DNA from: Squalus acanthias
Taxonomy: Eukaryota
DNA length: 64,000 bases
NCBI GenBank assembly: GCA_030390025.1
Contig: CM059432.1
Coordinates: forward strand, 7,192,001 to 7,256,000
Direction of reading: 5' to 3'
Below, piece by piece: positions 63,236 through 64,000 of this stretch (position 1 is the stretch's first letter; each line of letters begins with the position of its first letter). The notes under the pieces are model-generated. The model was given only the letters and a program-made list of their open reading frames with translations. It had not been told where the DNA came from and did not search any database. A program made the position numbers and the translations under genes.

Positions 63236-64000
63236 CCTACATCCGATGCTTAAATAGTAGAGTAGAAGAAAGAGATGACAATTTGAATGACTTTTTAAGC
63301 AGATACTTTTTTTCTACTTTAATTTTAAGTGAATCTGGTTAACGTCTAGAGTCTAGTTGTGGACTCATTTAGTAGCTCAAATAGATATCACTCTTCGGAA
63401 AGTTAGTAGGATGTATTGCTGTGAATAATGATAATGCAAGGAGTGACTAGCTAAACCACAAGAACAAGAATTGGAATTATTATGGGAGATGTGACATTAA
63501 AAGCTGATATGAGTACAACCATAAGCACAAAAGAAATCATAGGAGCAAGAATAGATCACTGAGGTGGAACAAATACCAGGCAACACAAATTCGAGTTTGT
63601 TAAGTTAGGAATAAGAAAGGAAATCAGACGGAACTTTTTCACCCAAAGTACAAAGCTCTTGTGGAATAAGTTATCAGGGAAGGCAATTGAAGGGAAAATA
63701 GTTTTGTTTTGGAGAGAAGGGGCTGGATTTTGAATGACCCACGGAGTCCGGTTTGGAGGCGTGTGGGGGGTTAAATTTGCGGGGTCGGGGTTTCCGACCC
63801 CATCCCGACTCCATCCCGCCTCCACGCAATTTTGACATAATCAGTCGCGGGGTTCCCAACTCCGTCCCGCCTTCAAGAGGCGGGAGAGGCCTTTAAAGCC
63901 CTTAACAAGCTCTAAATTGGCTCTGTAATGCCATTTTGAAATGCTGTAGCTATTTTAACCCTCTTCTGACGTGAAGCACGCCTGGTGTGAAACACTCCAG

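Overview
Vertebrate genomic DNA, very likely a shark or other cartilaginous fish (inferred from the CR1 families, Deu-domain tRNA SINEs and Penelope elements). The first 22.6 kb hold the last seven coding exons of VPS13B (COH1) on the + strand. They splice into one open frame of about 649 aa ending ...KNKALRKGFH*, and one intron appears to use a GC donor. The rest of the window is mostly interspersed repeats, often nested: CR1 and L2 LINE fragments, DeuSINE-like SINEs, PIF/Harbinger elements and MITEs, a hAT MITE, two solo LTRs and Penelope-like elements (PLEs). The most striking signal is two families of short PLE-type insertions carrying minimal type I hammerhead ribozyme motifs (CUGAnGA-A-stem II-GAAA-NN-UH), with compensatory changes between copies. 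Many have inserted as long palindromes with 9-15 bp target-site duplications (TSDs), several inside VPS13B introns. All coordinates were read by eye, and repeat boundaries are approximate unless a TSD is given. No database searches or folding calculations were run.
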